NCBI RefSeq assembly: GCF_004010195.1
Contig: NC_057719.1
Coordinates: forward strand, 14,789,849 to 14,817,826
Direction: 5' to 3'
DNA length: 27,978 nucleotides
DNA from: Chiloscyllium plagiosum
Lineage: Eukaryota
This document shows, piece after piece, positions 11,005 to 22,015 of the stretch; the first letter of the stretch is position 1; the number at the start of each line of letters is the position of its first letter. The notes below the pieces were generated by a model. That model was not told the DNA's origin and did no database searches. It was given only the letters and a program-made list of their open reading frames with translations. A program made the translations under genes and the position numbers.

Positions 11005-11342
11005 ATCATAAAACCCATACAATGATGAAGAGGCCATTCAGCCAATCAAGTCACACTGACCGTCTGACGAGCAACCCATCCTGACCCAGCCCTATCCCCA
11101 TAACCCTATATTTCCCATGGCTAATCCACCAAACCGGCACATCCCTGGACACTTTAATCTGGTCAATCCACCTAACCTACATATTTTTGGACCATGGGAG
11201 GAAACCAGAGCACACAGAGGAAACCCACATAGACATGGGGAGAACATATAAACTCCACACAGACATTCACCCGAGGCTGGAATTAAACCCAGCTCCATGG
11301 CACTGTGAGGCAGCAGTCAAATCACTGAACTACTGTGCCACC
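11005..11342 (-). mobile_element. HE1-type SINE
   Basis: GGGAGGAAACCAGAGCAC...AAACTCCACACAGAC...CTGTGAGGCAGCAGT...GTGCCACC is the reverse complement of the HE1 copies. Confidence 0.9.
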
Positions 11343-11430
11343 TACATTTCCAAGGTGAACAGACTCCACTGGGTATCAGGGAAAGGAGAAAAAAATTACA
11401 AGGAAACAAAGGCAACACGGCCCAAGATGG

Positions 11431-11765
11431 AGGTTTTGTGGCAGTAAGGTCATTAGACTCCAGGCTAATTTCAATGGACATAGCTTCGAATCCCATCATG
11501 GCAGATGGAGAAATTTGAATTCACAATTTTAAAAACTGGAATAAAAAGATAATTAATATTTCCTTGTAACACTGTTGTTTGTCTTAAAAGCTTCTGGTTC
11601 ACTAATGTCCTTTAGGGAAGGAAATCTGCCATCCTTATCTGGTCTGGCCTTCATTTGACTCCGGACCAACAGTAATGTCGCTGTTTCCTCAATGGTCCCT
11701 AGCAATTAGTGATGGGTAATGAATGTTGGCGGAGCCAGCAACACCCTCTTCCCATGAACGAATAA
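11431..11765 (+). mobile_element. tRNA-derived SINE, second family
   Basis: B-box-like TTCGAATCCC; core CTGGTTCACTAATGTCCTTTAGGGAAGGAAATCTGCCATCCTTA shared with 12594-12900, 16088-16214 and 21812-22015. Confidence 0.8.
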
Positions 11766-12593
11766 CTAAAAAGGAGCAAGTGGCAAACTGGAGCTGTCAA
11801 GGGTGCACTTTGACTTTCGTGTCAGGCATTGTCAGCATCTGGATTCTCTCTGCCAAATGAGAAAAAAGCGAATTGCACAGAAATGAGGTGAGGATAGGTA
11901 AAAATGAAATGTTGATGTGTCCAAATAGATCCCCTATCTTGCACTAGTGGGGTTCTCATCTCACGCTGAAAACCTTGGATAAAAATTGGATTTTTTCCTA
12001 AAAGCTCACAACTCTATTTTTTGCTGTTCCCATCATATCTTCCCATTGCCTCCCCATTGTCCACATCACTCAGGGACTTGGAAAGCTCCTGCCATTATCC
12101 TATGGCTTTGTTGGCCTTGTATTTGTGATTCCTCTATCAGACTGCACACAATTTTCCCTACTGAAGGAAATCAAGCAAATACTCAACACTACAACATTCC
12201 TTGACCATTTGTCCAAGAAGTCCAGAACAAAATGGATTTAGGAAACACAATCTTCTTTTTCAGTGGCTAATTTGCAGTTTGGAGATTTCAAATACATGGT
12301 CAATGGCATATTTTAGCTAAGGCGAAGTTTTATTTCTTCAATCAAATGCCTGAGAATAGGGAGGAAAATAATATTGAATGATAAGACCCTATGTTTTGGA
12401 ATTATCCTTTATGTGTTCTTATGCCAAACTCAGACGGCAGATTTTCTTTACATAGTTTGCAAATACCATTCAAAAAGTACAAGTTTCACAGGGAACAATT
12501 GTGCACTACTCCTTGCCCTGTCTTCTCTCAATAGTACTGATCCTTAACCTCTTCCATGACCTTCCCCTTGACAAATGTGCCCTAACAGCGTGA

Positions 12594-12900
12594 GGAGGCA
12601 ATGGCCCAGTTGTATTATCACTGGACTACTAATCCAGAGACCAGGTAATGTCCTGGGGACACAGGTTTGAATCCTGTCATGGTAAATGGTGAATTTTGGA
12701 AGTTCCAATTTTAAGAAATGCCTGGAATTAAGAGTCATTATCAATTGTTGGAAAACTCATCTGGTTCACTAATAACCTTCAGGTAAGGAAATCTGCCATT
12801 CTCACCGGGTTTGACTTGCATGTGACTCCAGACCCACAGGAATGTGGTTGACTCTTAACTGCCTCTGGGACAATAAGTGCTGGCCTAGCCATCCCATTAA
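12594..12900 (+). mobile_element. tRNA-derived SINE, second family
   Basis: A-box-like TGGCCCAGTTG, B-box-like GGTTTGAATCC, same core as 11431-11765. Confidence 0.85.
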
Positions 12901-12906
12901 AAGAAA

Positions 12907-13043
12907 GGCCCTTTGATCCAATTCATCCATACTGACCAGACATCCTAAATTAATCGAGTTGCATTTGGTCCACATCCCACTGAACCCTTCCTCTACATAG
13001 ACCCATCCAAATGCCTTTTAAATGTTGTAAGTGTACCAGCCTC
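12907..13043 (-). mobile_element. HER1/CR1 3' UTR fragment
   Basis: Matches 20365-20511 (GACCAGA.ATCCTAAATTAATC...TGCCTTTTAAATGTTGTAA..GTACCAGCCTC). Confidence 0.85.
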
Positions 13044-13165
13044 TATTCACTGCAAACTACATCTCAAGTTCTGTTTGGTTAACAGTGCTACAGGTTATGA
13101 GTCTTAAAAAAGAAGAAATATTTATCTTAACAAGAAGATGGAGTTTATTGTTTGATAATGGCATA

Positions 13166-13478
13166 GGGCAGCACGGTGGCTCAGAGGTTAGCTCTGCTGC
13201 CTCACAGCACCAAGGACCCAGGTTCGGGTGACTGTCTGTGTGGAGTTTGCACGTTTTCCCCGTGTCTGCCCAGGTTTCCTCCGGGTGCTCTGGTTTCCTC
13301 CCACAGTCCAAAGATGTGCAGATCAGGTGAATTGGCCATACTAAATTGCCCATTGTGTTAGGTGCTTTAGTCAGGGGTAAATGTATGGGTCTGAGTGGGT
13401 TGCTCTTCAGAGGGTCGGTGTGGACTTGTTGGGTCGAAGGGCCTATTTCCACACTGTAGGGGAATCTAATCTAATTTA
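13166..13478 (+). mobile_element. HE1-type SINE, near full length
   Basis: GGGCAGCACGGTGGCTCAGAGGTTAG A-box, B-box partly deleted, V-domain, tail GAAGGGCCTATTTCCACACTGTAGG plus (AATCT)n. Confidence 0.93.
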
Positions 13479-14512
13479 ATCATGTAAAAGGTATACTAGC
13501 AAGTTAGACATAACTTCTAAGACCATCAGAATCCAGGAGTGACTGACTTGTCTGACCCCATTAAAATCTTGAGATAATCTCACATTTTTCCACCCAATCC
13601 TGCACACTTAATGATGGTGATGTTTATTACTGTGCCATACTCTGTTGTGACTTGGTTTATTTCGAGGCCAGTGAGGAGATACAATAAGAAAAGCTCTAAC
13701 AGTCTCACAGTCACACTAGCATTACCATCTGATTCATTACCCATTATGCTATGCCTTTTTCTCTTTTGTAGTGCTTGGTTCAACTGTTATATGTTGCTTG
13801 GTGAATATTATTGCACAGCAGAGCTGGGAACAAAATTTATATCAGACTGTTTTAGTGGGAAGCATTTCGCAGCTGAATAAAATAGAATTGCAAGAAAAAA
13901 AAGATACAAACCACCAGTCATGGGATCCTTGCCATTTGCAATTTCATCTTCTCTATCTAATGAGTCAGCAGTTCGGGCTCTGCTTACTTAGAAACATCTG
14001 CTTTAACACCTTGTGTTGGCTTGCTTTCTTCAGGTCTTTCTAACCTTTGTGACCCACTTTGGCTTTTCCGTCCAACATTTAGAGATATATTTAGGGAGTC
14101 TAAACCCTTCTTTGCCAAATTCCATTGAAGAGATAGGCCTGTGGACACGTCTCCCTCAATCCTAAGACCTATATCGTCTTTCACATTCCCGGAGTCATTT
14201 CTAGCCCTCACTCTGTCCGTACTGGTGTAATTTCCTTGGTGTTAGATTGGGAAGTGATCCCCCTTTATGGCTTCATTGCGATTTTGGAATCCAGGCAAAC
14301 TCTTAACTAACCCATTATGAGGGGTTCATCCCATTCATCCAATCTATGTTCTGTGACTCTGGTGGTCACCATTTTTCTTCCACTTCTTATGGGTCTATTG
14401 GTGTTTTACCAAATCAGCAGTTTCATAGTGGGGTCAATTGGTTTTGATATTCAAAATACAGAAAGCATCCAACTATCTCATCAGAATACACTTGCACCAG
14501 ACTTTTTTTTAA

Positions 14513-14775
14513 GAATCCCTATAGTATGGAAATAGGCCTTTCAGCCCAACAAGTCCACATTGACCCTCTGAAGAGTAACCCACCCAGACCCATTTCCCTC
14601 TGACTAATGCACCTATCAGTATGGCCAATTCACCTGACCTGCACATCTTTGGACTGTGGGAGGACACGGGGAGAATGTGAAAACTCCCCAAAGACAGTTG
14701 CCCAAGGCTGGAATTGAACCAGGGTCCCTGGCGCTGTGAGGCTGCAGTGCTAATCACTGAACCACCGTGCTGCCC
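14513..14775 (-). mobile_element. HE1-type SINE
   Basis: Reverse complement of 13166-13478 with internal deletions; ends ACCACCGTGCTGCCC. Confidence 0.92.
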
Positions 14776-14904
14776 ATCTTCTTTCTATCTAATCAGAGGG
14801 TACTTTTCAATGGCTATATTCTCTTCAACCTACAGAGCTGTCCCCTTTACTTCACCATTTATTGACATAATCTGCAGCTTTTCACAACTCTTTACTCCTC
14901 CTTG

Positions 14905-15721
14905 TTGTAGATTGTAATGGAACATTGACAGGATGAAGGGCTGGGCCGAGAAGTGGCAGATGGAGTTCAACCTGGGAAAATGTGAAGTGGTTCACTTTGG
15001 TAGGTCAAATTTGAATGCAGATTACAGGGTTAAAGGTAGGATTCTTGGCAACAGAGGGATCCTGGGGTCCACATCCATAGATCCATCAAAGTTGCCCAAC
15101 CAAGTTGATAAGGTTGTTAAGATAGCGTATGGTGCATTGGCTTTCATTAGCAGGGGATTGAGTTCAGGAGCTGCGAGGTTATGCTGCAGCTCTATAAAGT
15201 CCTGATTAGACCACACTTGAAATATTGATTTGTGTTCTGGTCACCTCATTATAGGAAGGGTGCAGAGGAGATTTACCAGGATGCTGCCTGGACTGGAGGG
15301 CATGTCTTATGAAGAAAGGTTGTGGGAGCTATGGCTTTTCTCATTGGAGCGAAGAAGAATGAGAGGTGAATTGATAGAGATGTACAAGATAATGAGAGGG
15401 CAGAGATAGAGTGGATAGCCAGAGGTTCTTTTTATCCAGGGCAGAAATGGCTATCACAAGAGGGCATAATTTTATGGAGTGCAGGAAGATCTAGAGGAGA
15501 TGTCAGAGATAGGTTCTTTATACAGGGAGTAGTGGGTGCGTGGAATGCACTGCCAGCAGTGGTAGTAGAGTCAGATACATTAGGGACATTTCTTGGATAG
15601 GCACATGGATGATAGTAAAATGAAAGGTATGTAGGTTAGTTTGATGTTAGAGTAGGATTAAAAATCAGCACAACATTGAGGGTCAAAGAACCCATACTGT
15701 GCTGTACTGTTCTATGTTCTA
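14905..15721 (+). mobile_element. CR1 LINE 3' fragment, second subfamily
   Basis: WAEKWQMEFNLGKCEVVHFGRSN, frameshifted; tail ACTGTGCTGTACTGTTCTATGTTCTA like 1950-2462. Confidence 0.92.
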
Positions 15722-16087
15722 AATAGAAGGTCATTCCTCCTCATCTCTTTTCTGGATATGTTTTAACGTTTGACACTGATTTGAGCTGGTTCTCTTAAGT
15801 TTGCTGGCGTATCCAAGTGCAGCTGTGAAATGTCCCGTAATGAAACACTGAAATAAAAGTTTAGCTCCTAACTCCATCTTTCTTGGAATAAACCAGAATG
15901 CTGTTTCAATGTTACTCTTCCAGTCACTGACTTTTCAAAAAGAAAGAAAATTATCAATCGGGTTTTTGGGAAAAGAAACTAAAGGTCTTCTCATAGTCTT
16001 TCTTCTGGCACTAACACTGCTCAGTTTTTCAAACAAGTAATTCATTCAATTTAAACCGCTTTTGGTTCATTCACAGACATACATCGG

Positions 16088-16214
16088 TCAGGAAGAAAAT
16101 CTGCCATCCTTACCTGATCTGGTCTATATGTGACTCCAGATCCACAGCAATGACATTGACTCTTAAGTGCCTTCTGGGTAATTAGGGATGGGCAATAAAT
16201 ATCTCATGAATGAA
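16088..16214 (+). mobile_element. Second-family SINE 3' fragment
   Basis: AAATCTGCCATCCTTACCTG...GTGACTCCAGA.CCACAGCAATG...AATTAGGGATGGGCAATAAAT. Confidence 0.8.
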
Positions 16215-16826
16215 TTTGAAAGAGCTACAAATGTGGAATACTGAAACACTCATACATGGCTTTGGGTTCTCGCTCCAATATGTAACAACATATACAACAA
16301 TGTGTAACAACAATCATATTGTAATTCAATTCCTCTAAAGCATATAGTGCTGTGTACTTGTGGTGACACAGCCATTCCTGGTTAGGCACAGCTACACAAA
16401 TCCATTTACAAGGAACAGCATGTTTCAAAGAAATGGGAGGGATAACTATTGGAAATGTATATTTTCTGACAGATATTAAAGGATCTCAAAATCTAAAGTC
16501 GGAAGCTGTCAAGATGAAAGTCCTGGTCTCATAACCTGTGATATAAAATATTCTCTTCATGCTTCTGGTGTTGATGTCTCTAAGATTGCTCTTGCCTTTG
16601 AGGTTCACGCGTTGGATTGTCGTGTAAAGTCAGCAATGTACTCCGCACAATCTGATCAAGTTATAAGGACATGGGTGAGAAAAGGCAGAACAGCTCTGGA
16701 TCTCAAAGGTTACTGTACAGACTTAGTAATCCCGTCCCTAACCAATGTAACTCGTAACTCATTGCTATTGTGCAATAAACTGCACCTTGTTTAAGACCCA
16801 CAGCCTCTTCGTAGTCAAACGCCGAA

Positions 16827-17541
16827 GAAACTGCGGATGCCGTAAATCCGAAACAAAAACAGAAATTGATGGAGAAGCTCAGCAGGTCTGGCAGCATCTG
16901 TGCAGAGAAAGCAGGTCGAATGATCTTTCTGCAGAACTGATGGTAGCGAGGAAAATGTTCGTTTATATGCAGGAGATAGGGAGTGGGTAAGGAGTAAAAG
17001 ATAGGTGGGAATACAGCCCAAAGAGAGAGAAGAACAGTTGGACAGTGAAAGGTGTGGATAATGATCAGGCTAGGAGATGAATCGCAATTAATGGGACTGT
17101 TACTGGCTAACAATGGGTTGTGTATAATAACAGACTATATGATAACAAGACCTTGTATGTGGAGTTTGGGGCAAGAACGTGGGAGACCTCAGACCCTGTA
17201 GTTGTTGAACTCGATATTGAATCCAGAAGGCTGCAGGGGTCTGGCCTTGTTATCACACAGGGTACTATTACACACTGTTACACAACAATTACTCATTGTT
17301 AGGCCAGATCATTATCCAATCCTTTGTCTGTCCAACTGTCCCTTCTCCCTCTTCGGACTCTATCCCCACCTATTGTTTACTCCTTACCCCCTCCCCACAG
17401 CCAATCCCCAGCATGTATACTGAGATTTTCCTAGCTACCATCAATTCTGTCAAAGGGTCAGTCAACCCAAAACGGTAATTCTGATTTCTCTCCAAAGATG
17501 CTGCCAGACCTGCTGAGCTTTTCCAGCAATTTCTGTTTTTG
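16827..17541. mobile_element. Inverted pair of Penelope 3' ends (long fold-back)
   Basis: About 16854-17072 is the reverse complement of about 17300-17541; the ORF track shows the same peptide ELMVARK on opposite strands. Confidence 0.85.
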
Positions 17542-18006
17542 CCTCTTCGTATTTGATTACTTTGTGGTTTTCCTATCACATGAAACAGGCTTTGTAAATC
17601 CTAAACTAAAAGAAACATGATGGTAATTAACTTACTTTATGGTGGTCAAGGGTCCACCTAGCTTTTACAAAATTGCACAGTGCAGGGAAGCTGAAGATTT
17701 ATTTTAGCCACATCATTGCAACATGAACTGAAGACTTTTTGCTTTCCACCCAGCAACATCCAAATGTGTCTGATACATACCTGAGAAAGATTGAGCACTG
17801 TTAACTGGTGCAGTTTGCACCAGTTGTGTCCCTGGACAACTCAAGGAGAGGAATATTGGTCCTCATGTGATAAATGCAGAAGCTTTCACCTCACCCTTAT
17901 TTCCTGTTCATTGTCATCTGCTATCCTCCATTACTGAAGATCGAAACCATTGGTGAACTGTCCATGCAGAGTAAGCTTGTGGTATAAATTATTCCAGAGG
18001 TGGTGA

Positions 18007-19110
18007 GTGGGTTGTGGTGCTGTGGTGCTGATTTCCCAAACTACTCCTAATCCAGAGAGATTGATTGAGTTTTTTGAAGAAGTAACAAAGAGGATTGATG
18101 AGGGCAGAGCAGTAGATGTGATCTATATGGACTTCAGTAAGGCGTTCGACAAGGTTCCCCATGGGAGACTGATTCAAAAGGTTAGATCTCATTCGCAAGG
18201 AATACAGGGAGAACTAGCCATTTGGATACAGAACTGGCTCAAAGGTAGAAGACAGAGGGTGGTGGTGGAGGGTTGTTTTTCAGACTGGAGGCCTGTGACC
18301 AGTGGAGTGCCACAAGGATCAGTGCTGGGTCCTGTACTTTTTGTCATTTACATAAATGATTTGGATGCAAGCGGAAGAGGTACAGTTAGTAAGTTTGCAG
18401 ATGACACCAAAATTGGAGGTGTAGTAGGCAGCGAAGAGGGTTACCTCAGATTACAACAGGGTCTTGACCAAATGGGCCAATGGGCTGAGAAGTGGCAGAT
18501 GGAGTTTAATTCAGATAAATTGGAGGTGCTGCATTTTGGGAAAGCAAATCTTAGCAGGACTTATACACTTAATGGTAAGGTCCTAGGGAGTGTTGCTGAA
18601 CAAAGAGACCTTGGAGTGCAGGTTCATAGCTCCTTGAAAGTGGAGTCACAGGTAGAAAGGGTAGTGAAGAAGGTGTTTGGCATACTTTCCTTTATTGGCC
18701 AGAGTATTGAGTACAGGAGTTGGGAGGTCATGTTGCAGCTGTACAGGACATTGGTTAGGCCACTGTTGGAATATTGCGTGCAATTCTGGTCTCCTTCCTA
18801 TCGGAAAGACGTTGTGAAACTTGAAAGGGTTCAGAAAAGATTTACAAGGATGTTGCCAGGGTTGGAGGATCTGAGCTACAGGGAGAGGCGGAACAGGCTG
18901 GGGCTGATTTCCCTGCAGCGTTGGAGGCTCAGGGGTGACCTTATAGAGGTTTACAAAATTGAATGGGGCATGGATAGGATAAATAGACAAAGTCTTTTCC
19001 CTGAGGTGGCGGAGTCCAGAACTAGAGGGCACAGGTTTAGGGTGAGAGGGGAAAGATATAAAAGGGACCTAAGGGGCAACTTTTTCGCGCAGAGAGTGGT
19101 ATGTGTATGA
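18007..19110 (+). pseudogene. CR1 ORF2 reverse transcriptase C-terminal fragment (367-aa open frame)
   Basis: YMDFSKAFDKVPH, GVPQGSVLGP, SKFADDTK, RDLGV, RLRGDLIEVYK; no endonuclease domain, non-ATG start in flanking DNA, premature TGA where other copies read TGG (VWN). Confidence 0.93.
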
Positions 19111-19312
19111 AATGAGCTGCCAGAGGAAGTGGTGGAGGCTGGTACAATTGCAACATTTAAGAGGGTATATGAATAGGAAGGGTTTGGAAGGATATGGGCC
19201 GGGTGCTGGCAGGTGGGACTAGATTGGTTTGGGATATCTGGTCAGCATGGACGGGTTGGACCGAAGGGTCTGTTTTCATGCTGTACATCTCTATGACTCT
19301 ATGAATCTATGA
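18059..19312 (+). mobile_element. HER1/CR1 LINE, 5'-truncated, relatively young
   Basis: Continuous RT frame, 3' UTR stem-loop GGACCGAAGGGTC and CTCTATGA tail. Confidence 0.97.
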
Positions 19313-20164
19313 AATGAAGGGAAGAGCATCCTGAACTGGTGAGCTGTTTTGGCACTGGTTACTCACTGGCATGTTCCACATGGAGACTTCAAAAAGCAAA
19401 GATTTGGGTGAAAGAAATAAAACTTGCTTCTGTCCTGGATTATTTAAGGATATCACTGACGCTGAGCATGCTGCAATTTAAATGACCTGCAGAGAGACGA
19501 TGCATGCCGCCCTGATGCTGAAGATGTGATATGTTGCTGATTTAGCTCACAACCACACTGAAACCTGAGAACATAAGCCAGATTGCTCTAGCGGTATACC
19601 TTTGATTATAAATGGCTTGCTACTTAGCCTGTGGTGATGAGTATATCCATCCGATAGATGGCCTGCGGCCCTCAGCAGGAATCCAAAAGCATCGACCTTT
19701 CAGCGCTGAAGAGCTGAACTCCAGCTGCATGTCGCCATGGTGACCCTGCTAATTACAGTGAACTGGCCCCAATCCAGTCGCGGCTGGATAAGACAGAGCA
19801 CAGAGCTTGAGTGCTCTTACATGCTATTCCACTAAGACATAAGGAGAACAATGCATTGGTGTGCCATACTCCTCTTGCAAATAATTTGAAAACCTTGTCA
19901 GGGTTGGACAAACGACATTGGTAAGAAAAGGTCAGGCAGTAGCGTGGAACGTTTCATGGTACTTTCCATTCCCAGTTTGTCAAGCTCCAAATTATTTATC
20001 AGCACGGGTCCCTGCCTCAAATATCATGGTTTGTATACCTTTTCCAATTTTCCAATCAATTAAGAGGTAGAAGTGGTGCTCAGGATATACTTTCTGTCTG
20101 ACTGTCCCTCCAGAACCATTAGGTTTCATCCTTACACCATACACTCTCTCTCAATATTCAGATG

Positions 20165-20316
20165 TCATGTGGGAACGCAGTCACCACTTTTCTAGGAAAG
20201 GTGCTGTTGCCAAATACTGAATGCCTATTCTATCTGTGCTTGAGATATTTTCTAATCAACCTGCTCAGAGATGCTATTACACATCTCTGGAATAGGTGGG
20301 ACTTAAACCCAGACCT
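20165..20316 (-). mobile_element. Possible third SINE family fragment
   Basis: Minus strand reads AGGTCTGGGTTTAAGTCCCACC (B-box-like) then CCAGAGATGTGTAATAGCATCTCTG; single copy here. Confidence 0.45.
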
Positions 20317-20325
20317 TAAATAGTT

Positions 20326-20983
20326 AGAGCCATAGAGTCATGGAGATGTACATCATTGAAACAGACCCTTTGGTCCATCTTGTTCATGATGACCAGATAT
20401 CCTAAATTAATCTAGTCCCATTTGCCAGCATTTGGCCCATATCCCTCTAAACCCTTCCTATTCGTATACCCAGCCAGATGCCTTTTAAATGTTGTAAATT
20501 GTACCAGCCTCCGCCACTTCCTCTGGCAGCTCATTCCATGCGTGCACTACCTTTTGCGTGAAAAAGTTACCCCTGAGGTCCCTTTTATATCTTTCCCCTC
20601 TCACCCTAGACCTATGCCCTCTTGTTCTGGACTACTCCCACCCAGGGGAAAAGACTCTATCCATGCCCCCCCATGCTTTTATAAACCTCAACCTCTGACA
20701 CTCCAGGGAAAATAACCCCAGCCTATTCTACCTCTCCCTATAATTCAAACCCTCCAACCCTGGCAAGATCTTTGTAAATCTTTTCTGAACACTTTAAAGT
20801 TTCACAACATCCTTCCGATAGGAAAGAGACTAGAATTGCACACAACATTCCAAAAATCGCATAACCAATGTTCTGTACAGCCACAACATGACCTCTCAAC
20901 TCCTGTACTCAATACTCTGACCAATAAGGGAAAGCATACCAAATGCCCTCTTCACTATCCCATCTACGTGAGAATCCACTTTC
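20326..20983 (-). mobile_element. HER1/CR1 LINE 3' fragment
   Basis: Reverse complement of about 18636-19300; begins with tail CATAGAGTCATGGAGATGTAC. Confidence 0.95.
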
Positions 20984-21071
20984 CATTTAACACTTCCATT
21001 TAAAAGAATAACAGTTAGGAACACGATGAGGTCATTCCCTCCCTTCAATCCGTTTCATTCTTCAGGTACTG

Positions 21072-21243
21072 AAAACAAAAAATGCTGGAAATCACAGGGG
21101 GTCAGATAGCACCCATAGACAGAGAGAGCAAGTTAATGTTTTGAGTCTGTTCTGAAAAAGAGTCATCTAGACTCAAAATATTAGCTTGCTCTCTCTTCAT
21201 TGATGCTGACTGACCTGCTGTGATTTCTAGCATTTTTTGTTCA
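21072..21243. mobile_element. Short palindromic (MITE-like) Penelope-terminus element
   Basis: Arms 21074-21148 and 21169-21241 pair at roughly 85% by eye around a 20-nt loop. Confidence 0.88.
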
Positions 21244-21811
21244 TAAGTTGCAATCCCATGCATTAAACACAATACTCCGAATCAGAGTTTTATACAGATG
21301 TTTCCTAACCTCCTTGCCCAGATTCCAGCACCTACAGTAATTTGTTCCTTCATTATTTAGTTAGGGTCATGGCAGTCTTTTTTATAAAAGTGCTTCATTT
21401 TTAAAGGAACTGAAATAATGATTGTTGAATAACAGCTCTAACACAGCTGGTCCTAAATGAAGCTTAAACTCCCCCCATAACCATATCCCAATACCAGCAG
21501 AAATAAGGCTCCTCTGAATAGACATTTCTCCAATTTATAGTTGCCTTTTCTACTTACAAACCCACACTGCTAGCTACCACCATATTTTAAGTCCCTTGAA
21601 CATATTATTATCATAATGTTGCTCTGTGTTTATCTTCACAAAGAACAGTATCTCTTGAATCTTTCTTCTGTCCTTCCAATAGTAATAAAACCATGACAGA
21701 CACAATCTCAATGACACCTATTGGAAACAGGACATATTATGCCTCCTGGTCTTCCCCAAATTCTTTGCATTGTTCAATTCAGTTGACAACTTCCTCTTCC
21801 ATTTTCTAAAA

Positions 21812-22015
21812 TTCATTCACAGAATGTGGGTGTCAGTTCCACTGTCCAGCCCCAATTGCCCAGAAGACAGTTGAGAGTCAACCATATAGTGTGAGTCTGG
21901 AGTCATATGTAGGCCAGAACAGGTAAAGATAGCAGTTTTCTTCCCCAGGGGACATTAATGAACCAAATGGCTTTTCCCAACAATCGACAATCGACAATGA
22001 TTTCACTGTTAGCAT
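21812..22015 (-). mobile_element. Second-family SINE, partial
   Basis: ATTCATTCAC...TCTGGAGTCATATGTAGGCCAGA...GGACATTAATGAACCA is the reverse complement of the core. Confidence 0.8.

Noticed and set aside
13166..13240. tRNA gene
   Set aside because: A/B boxes belong to the SINE head; no cloverleaf, and the B-box is partly deleted
13057..13452. 131-aa ORF and similar GRKPEHPEET / CLCGVC peptides at 11092-11447
   Set aside because: Translations of HE1 SINE sequence, a common source of spurious proteins
13771..14043. Plus-strand exon after the strong acceptor TTTTTCTCTTTTGTAG
   Set aside because: No frame gives a recognisable peptide and the following donor is only moderate; cannot be supported without RNA data
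9073..16674. Assigning a gene symbol to the exon candidates
   Set aside because: None of the peptides was recognisable and the candidates fall on both strands
18646..19032. Antisense 128-aa ORF (also 1990-2289, 15022-15216, 20422-20715, 25541-25857)
   Set aside because: Shadow frames of CR1 ORF2 or its 3' UTR
18007..19110. RT ORF as a retron, DGR, group II intron or novel RT system
   Set aside because: Motifs and 3' tail are standard CR1/HER1; it is 5'-truncated and has many decayed siblings in the window
19996..20018. REST/NRSE site (TCAGCACGGGTCC)
   Set aside because: Only the left half-site matches; the GGACAG half is absent
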